Assembly: GCA_965234725.1 (NCBI GenBank)
Contig: CBDDUX010000097.1
Location: 1 to 11,437 of the forward strand
Origin: Thermoplasmatota archaeon
Lineage (GTDB): Archaea; Thermoplasmatota; Penumbrarchaeia; Penumbrarchaeales; Penumbrarchaeaceae
Reading direction: 5' to 3'
Length of the DNA: 11,437 nucleotides
In this document: positions 7,453 through 11,437 of the stretch, in pieces
How positions within the stretch are numbered: position 1 is the first letter of the stretch
Layout: each line of letters begins with the position of its first letter
Position numbers and translations under genes: made by a program
The notes under the pieces: generated by a model
Databases searched by the model: none
What the model was told of the DNA's origin: nothing
What the model saw: only the letters and a program-made list of their open reading frames with translations

Positions 7453-7605
7453 TTAATGGGACAGGTGAAGCCAAACCTCGACCTTGCCCAACAGTTCCTT
7501 GGGATCTTCAATTTCGTCCTTCTCAAGGAGAATGATACGGAGCGGATGATCATCGGGATAATGATCCCTGATAAACCTCTTGATTGGTTTGAGATTGTAT
7601 GCCAA
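7453..7605 (-). CDS. Small 50-aa protein convergent with the integrase (absent from the ORF track)
   Basis: TTG start preceded by GGAGGGG; translates to MAYNLKPIKRFIRDHYPDDHPLRIILLEKDEIEDPKELLGKVEVWLHLSH. It fits exactly between the stop of the upstream minus-strand ORF (7634) and the integrase stop (7443). Confidence 0.75.
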   Translation of the reverse strand: MAYNLKPIKRFIRDHYPDDHPLRIILLEKDEIEDPKELLGKVEVWLHLSH

Positions 7606-7633
7606 TTCCCATCCCCTCCGTTATTCAATCGTA

Positions 7634-7924
7634 TTATGAGCAGTCAGGATTTTTGTTATCAGATTCCTCGTTCCTTTCCTTTCCGATATTCTTGATCGTC
7701 TCATAGGCTCCCACCATCTTCTTCATTTCTTCAACAGAAGGGAGCTTGGCATTCTTTGTCTGCGAGATCGTCTTCTCCACATTCTCAAGAATGATCTCGT
7801 CAAGGTAGACAGGTTGTTCTGCTCTTGGACTATCACTGGATGCTTCTTCCGAGTGCTCAAATTCTCCACTATCATTGTTGTTGTCCTTTTTCTTTTTCTT
7901 TGGTATGATGTCATCTTCTGACAT
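7634..7924 (-). CDS. Hypothetical charged, low-complexity protein (96 aa)
   Basis: ATG 7924 is preceded by an archaeal-type GGTGA ribosome site (CAGGGTGATACA-ATG), so it is preferred over the 7954 start. Lys run followed by an acidic tract. Likely co-transcribed with 7453-7605. Confidence 0.7.
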   Translation of the reverse strand: MSEDDIIPKKKKKDNNNDSGEFEHSEEASSDSPRAEQPVYLDEIILENVEKTISQTKNAKLPSVEEMKKMVGAYETIKNIGKERNEESDNKNPDCS

Positions 7925-8062
7925 TGTATCACCCTGAAAGTGCATAACTCTCAAAGTATATCTATCTTATGTCAAACCACCATATCGCATGATGATGTGT
8001 GACTATCTATTAATATGTGAATAGCAATATAGGATTGCAACTGATATGGGAGCGGTCGTAAC

Positions 8063-9226
8063 ATGACATCTGAAATAGAATCAGACTTGACAGATATTTT
8101 GAAAGATCCGATCAAGAGAAGAACCGTCAGGTCAGGTATGAAAATATTACAGGCCATCAAACACCTGATGGAAAATTATCAAGAATCCAATCCAAGGAAC
8201 ATCACACTTGTTTATTATAAAAATGAAACTATCAATATATCTGATGCGGATAAGTCTATGTTTGTGAAGAAGAGAAGATCAATTATCTCTAGAAAATTAT
8301 CTGAACTTCAGGACATCCGACTTGTTATGCCAATGGAAGGAACTGAAAGAACGGATGGAAGATCCATCCCATATCATCTAACACTTTCAGGAATTGAACT
8401 CCTTGAAAATGAAGATCTATATCTGTCGGTGATGGAAGACCGGTTCTTCCCTAATGACAATCCCGAAATAAATGATCCTGATGGTGATATGGAATTTCGA
8501 CGAAAATACCACAGCGACAGGATAAGGGCACTATTGAAAAAGATCAAAGACGAGATCTCAAAGGTATTCGACAGGGATTTCTTTCCGGATGAGATCAATC
8601 CTGCAATAATAAGATTCAAGGTGAACAACCTATCATTCGAAAATGATACCTTGTTTGATGACTTACGAAATCATATCGGAACATTTCTGAAATCCGAGGA
8701 TCTGGAAATAAAACTTGAAGAGATGAGAGTATCTGTAAACAATTTCCTTGACCTTGATGAGAAGGTCAGACGGATCATCATCTCTGAGCTATCACGTGAA
8801 CTCGGAATGGCCTATGCTGAACATCACGACAGAATTGATTCATTCGGCCCCAATCTTGTCGATTGGGTGATAAGGAACTTATATTATCTGAGTTTCGGGG
8901 ATGATTCTCTTTACAAGAGATATACACAGAAACTGAAATCCGAAAAAGAGAGAATCATGGTCGGTAATGAAAAGGTCAAACAAATCAGACTGGATGGTGC
9001 AGTGATAATGGTACTACCTCTGAACAAGAAAGAATCACATTACCTTAGGAAAATAAGTGAATTGATGGGGTCAATTAAAGACACTCCTATTCTGAAACAT
9101 TATTCCGTGATCAGATCAGAAAAACAAGTCGCAGAAGACATGCAGAAGGAATTGATCAAATCCCTTGAGAAGGAGATCGAGATACCGATCTACCCCGGAA
9201 TTTGTCCTTATATTGAATCAAGATAA
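8063..9226 (+). CDS. Hypothetical protein with N-terminal winged helix-turn-helix and a large helical C-terminal region
   Basis: 387-aa ORF preceded by GGAG. The segment RSIISRKLSELQDIRLV...GRSIPYHLTLSGIELL is a typical recognition helix plus wing (Y-x-LT-x-x-G). Confidence 0.8.
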   Translation: MTSEIESDLTDILKDPIKRRTVRSGMKILQAIKHLMENYQESNPRNITLVYYKNETINISDADKSMFVKKRRSIISRKLSELQDIRLVMPMEGTERTDGRSIPYHLTLSGIELLENEDLYLSVMEDRFFPNDNPEINDPDGDMEFRRKYHSDRIRALLKKIKDEISKVFDRDFFPDEINPAIIRFKVNNLSFENDTLFDDLRNHIGTFLKSEDLEIKLEEMRVSVNNFLDLDEKVRRIIISELSRELGMAYAEHHDRIDSFGPNLVDWVIRNLYYLSFGDDSLYKRYTQKLKSEKERIMVGNEKVKQIRLDGAVIMVLPLNKKESHYLRKISELMGSIKDTPILKHYSVIRSEKQVAEDMQKELIKSLEKEIEIPIYPGICPYIESR

Positions 9227-9348
9227 ATACACCAACATATTGTTTGAAAAACCGTTGGTATTTGAATCCACTTTATTCAAAAATTTAAGGGGATGATTTT
9301 AGATTTAGGAAGAAAGGCCCTTAGTTCGATTTCATTCCCATTCTCATT

Positions 9349-9388
9349 TTCCCAGTTTTTTCTCAGAATATTCTCAGATCATTCTCAT
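9349..9388. repeat. Four 7-bp motifs at exact 11-bp spacing
   Basis: TTCCCAG 9349, TTCTCAG 9360, TTCTCAG 9371, TTCTCAT 9382. Extra out-of-phase copies at 9335 and 9341. Confidence 0.6.
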
Positions 9389-9445
9389 CTGATTCCTTGA
9401 ATATTAAAATCAATCAGATCTTCTGGTCATGTATACAATAGAAAA

Positions 9446-9622
9446 TTATTTTGTCCTTATTGGTTGAATGACTCCTTTTTGAATATAGATCCTATCATCC
9501 TCTTCATAGAACAATATAAAATCCCCTTCCTCTACGTTTCCCAGTTTCTCCCTGACCTTTGAAGGGATGACAATCTGATTCCTTATTGTCACTTTAGCCT
9601 GTGCAAATTGCTTGTCTACCAT
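9446..9622 (-). CDS. AbrB/MazE/SpoVT-family DNA-binding protein (58 aa, absent from the ORF track)
   Basis: MVDKQFAQAKVTIRNQIVIPSKVREKLGNVEEGDFILFYEEDDRIYIQKGVIQPIRTK matches the swapped-hairpin pattern KV-x-x-x-x-QI-x-IP-x-x-VR-x-x-LG-x-x-x-x-GD. TTTTATAT box 21-28 nt upstream suggests a leaderless transcript. Confidence 0.9.
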   Translation of the reverse strand: MVDKQFAQAKVTIRNQIVIPSKVREKLGNVEEGDFILFYEEDDRIYIQKGVIQPIRTK

Positions 9623-9708
9623 GTTATTCCGAATATCGAAAAATATAAAAGAACATAATACACTGTAATCTTGTATTCAGAATAACGGATTCAGAAGAGG
9701 TGAAGTGC

Positions 9709-10128
9709 ATGAAAGAAGGAAAAATGATATTGATCAGTGCTCTAGTCGTTATTGGTTTCATAATGATCTTAGTGCTCATTGGAGCGATCTGGTTATTCTC
9801 AATGGACTCAGATCCAAGGAGTACCGCTTTGTCTGAGGAGGGATCCGAGATCATACTACCGTTATCATTCATCGAAGTCGATCTATCGGATTATACGGAC
9901 ATTGATATTTCATTCGAATCAACTGATGTAATAAATGTATTTATCCAGGAAAAAGGGACCTTTGATCCACTCGGTATGAAAAACCAATACCGGTTGTATG
10001 ATGAAAAGAGCATCTTATCAGATGATTTCCAGATCCTATTGTCCAATGAAAATGACTACTCATTGATATTTCATAATCCGAATGCATCGGGGGTAACAGT
10101 GACCTACGAGATCTGGGAAGCTATCTGA
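9709..10128 (+). CDS. Membrane-anchored or exported small beta-rich protein
   Basis: GAGGTGA ribosome site before ATG 9709 (the track starts at GTG 9700). Basic N-terminus, one long hydrophobic helix, then an acidic domain with alternating beta-strand patterning (INVFI, YSLIFHN, VTVTY). Confidence 0.8.
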   Translation: MKEGKMILISALVVIGFIMILVLIGAIWLFSMDSDPRSTALSEEGSEIILPLSFIEVDLSDYTDIDISFESTDVINVFIQEKGTFDPLGMKNQYRLYDEKSILSDDFQILLSNENDYSLIFHNPNASGVTVTYEIWEAI

Positions 10129-10172
10129 AAGGGATCCATATACCTGAATGAAAATCTAACGGGATCATACGA

Positions 10173-11198
10173 CTATCTTCTTCGTTTTCTCCTTCGTCTC
10201 TTCGATTCCTCAAGAATGAAATCCATTCTTTTCAACCTATGTTCCATTTCATTTGAATGTTCAACTTCGGACATATCTATAACATTCTTACTAGGCGAAA
10301 ACAATTCCATAATAGAATTCATATCTTCAAGGAATTTAATACCCCAATCCCATGTAGATACTTGGACATTTTCAGGAGGTTTCTCAGCTTCAGTAGGTGT
10401 TCTCGGAAAATCTTCCTGAAATGGTTTGCTATAGTCCTTCCAGAGAATATCATGAATATAATCTTCATATATCGCTCTTGATTCCAAAGGATTCACCTCT
10501 CCCTTGATCTCATTGTATATTTCATCCATTTTGATCAAGGTGGTCAGGATATATCTTATCCTCCATTCCTCCTCAAGTAATTGATACAACCCCGTTAGTT
10601 CTCCGCAATTCCTGGTTCTGAACATTTCTTTCCGTTCTTCTGGACCCATCCCTCTCAATTTCACACAAAGCTGCATAAACTCTCCAGGTATCTCACAGGA
10701 CAAATCAAGAAGTCTGACCTTTAAAGATACCGAAAACAATGTCGGACCATGGATCTTCTCTACTTTATCCGTAAGGGACCGGCTCTGTTTGATACATTGG
10801 AGGTTTTCATTCTTTATCCTGGTCAGATCAAAATAATGAAAGATATCAAGATGATATTTCGGGAAATGAGTGAAGATATACCGACCATATTGCTCTCCAC
10901 CCAACGTTAACCTATACCAAAAAGGTCGGGTCTTCGAGATCTTTTCGATATGTTTTCTCTTCAACATTTTACTGAGGGTTGCTGATACCACTCCCTTGTT
11001 CAGGTCGAATTCGTCTATCAGCTCCTTTTGGGTGACTATCTCAGAATCCACCCCAATTGTCTTATAGCACATATATGCTAGAAACCTGTGCTGATGATGG
11101 GGCCAACATCGCTGAAGATAGGCATTGATCCCAATGCTGCGTCCTATCCTATAGGACCTTCTTCCGACAGGAACATGGTAATTGAATCCATTATTCAT
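10173..11198 (-). CDS. Hypothetical protein with MarR-like winged helix-turn-helix and a basic C-terminal tail
   Basis: 341-aa ORF. VTQKELIDEFDLNKGVVSATLSKMLKRKHIEK...WYRLTLGG is a clear wHTH. It ends in KRRRRKRRR. TTTTATGA box about 27-33 nt upstream of the ATG. Confidence 0.8.
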   Translation of the reverse strand: MNNGFNYHVPVGRRSYRIGRSIGINAYLQRCWPHHQHRFLAYMCYKTIGVDSEIVTQKELIDEFDLNKGVVSATLSKMLKRKHIEKISKTRPFWYRLTLGGEQYGRYIFTHFPKYHLDIFHYFDLTRIKNENLQCIKQSRSLTDKVEKIHGPTLFSVSLKVRLLDLSCEIPGEFMQLCVKLRGMGPEERKEMFRTRNCGELTGLYQLLEEEWRIRYILTTLIKMDEIYNEIKGEVNPLESRAIYEDYIHDILWKDYSKPFQEDFPRTPTEAEKPPENVQVSTWDWGIKFLEDMNSIMELFSPSKNVIDMSEVEHSNEMEHRLKRMDFILEESKRRRRKRRR

Positions 11199-11298
11199 TG
11201 TTAGGGATAACTTATGTACAACTTCATAAAATTTATCTTTGGAAATATAATGATTTTTAATTCAAATCACAGTCCCGTGTGAATGAAGGGGGTTATTA

Positions 11299-11317
11299 TA
11301 CAGATTAATAATCTGTA
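11299..11317. promoter_or_regulatory. Perfect 9-1-9 palindrome, candidate operator
   Basis: TACAGATTA-A-TAATCTGTA in the AT-rich region upstream of the wHTH gene. Confidence 0.5.
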
Positions 11318-11437
11318 ATTTTAACGAATAAGGTTAAAATACCCTGTTTCCGATTAGTGGTTGAAGACGGAAAGTTTCCGCAAATGGACGGAACGTGTTA
11401 TTAAAGACTATCGGCGAGGGGGGTTGGTTGTTCAAGG

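Larger units (their letters stand above)
6112..11437. mobile_element. Left part of a tRNA-Arg-integrated element (integrative plasmid, provirus or island); right end not in window
   Basis: Integrase starts 57 nt after the tRNA 3' end. Downstream DNA is visibly more AT-rich and encodes orphan and DNA-binding proteins (wHTH, AbrB). No second copy of the tRNA 3' end was seen in the window. Confidence 0.8.

Noticed and set aside
7374..7695. ORFs 7374-7628 (-) and 7447-7695 (+)
   Set aside because: They overlap the integrase or the 7634 ORF. The third-frame 50-aa ORF at 7453-7605 has a ribosome site, fits the gap exactly and is more protein-like.
9230..9440. Toxin partner for the AbrB-type gene
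   Set aside because: No minus-strand open frame of suitable length or with PIN/MazF motifs was found.
6112..11437. attR duplicate of the tRNA 3' end within the window
   Set aside because: No second copy of TTCGAATCCC...GGGTCC was seen by eye; the element boundary must lie further right or be lost.

Overview
This window looks archaeal, probably Thermoplasmatota-like. That is inferred from the tRNA D-arm style, TATA boxes about 25 nt before starts, GGTGA ribosome sites and the integrase type. The left half (1-6030) is host chromosome: a type IIA P-type (Ca2+-like) ATPase, an alpha/alpha-toroid-like conserved protein and a GTP cyclohydrolase II fused to a degenerate RibD-type reductase domain. 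At 6038-6111 lies tRNA-Arg(TCG), followed directly by a tyrosine integrase. Beyond it is a more AT-rich block of small and DNA-binding genes: two winged-helix proteins, an AbrB-family protein, a 50-aa protein missed by the ORF track, and a membrane-anchored protein. This block is read as the left part of a tRNA-integrated mobile element that runs off the window. Three features are not explained by the gene list. (1) A diverged, mostly synonymously recoded second copy of the last 16 codons of the ATPase sits 143 bp downstream, with an 11-bp shared core and inverted repeats, resembling a minimal integration scar. (2) A strand-specific structured RNA candidate lies between the ATPase and the next gene. 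(3) The element contains an 11-bp-phased repeat array and several perfect palindromes.
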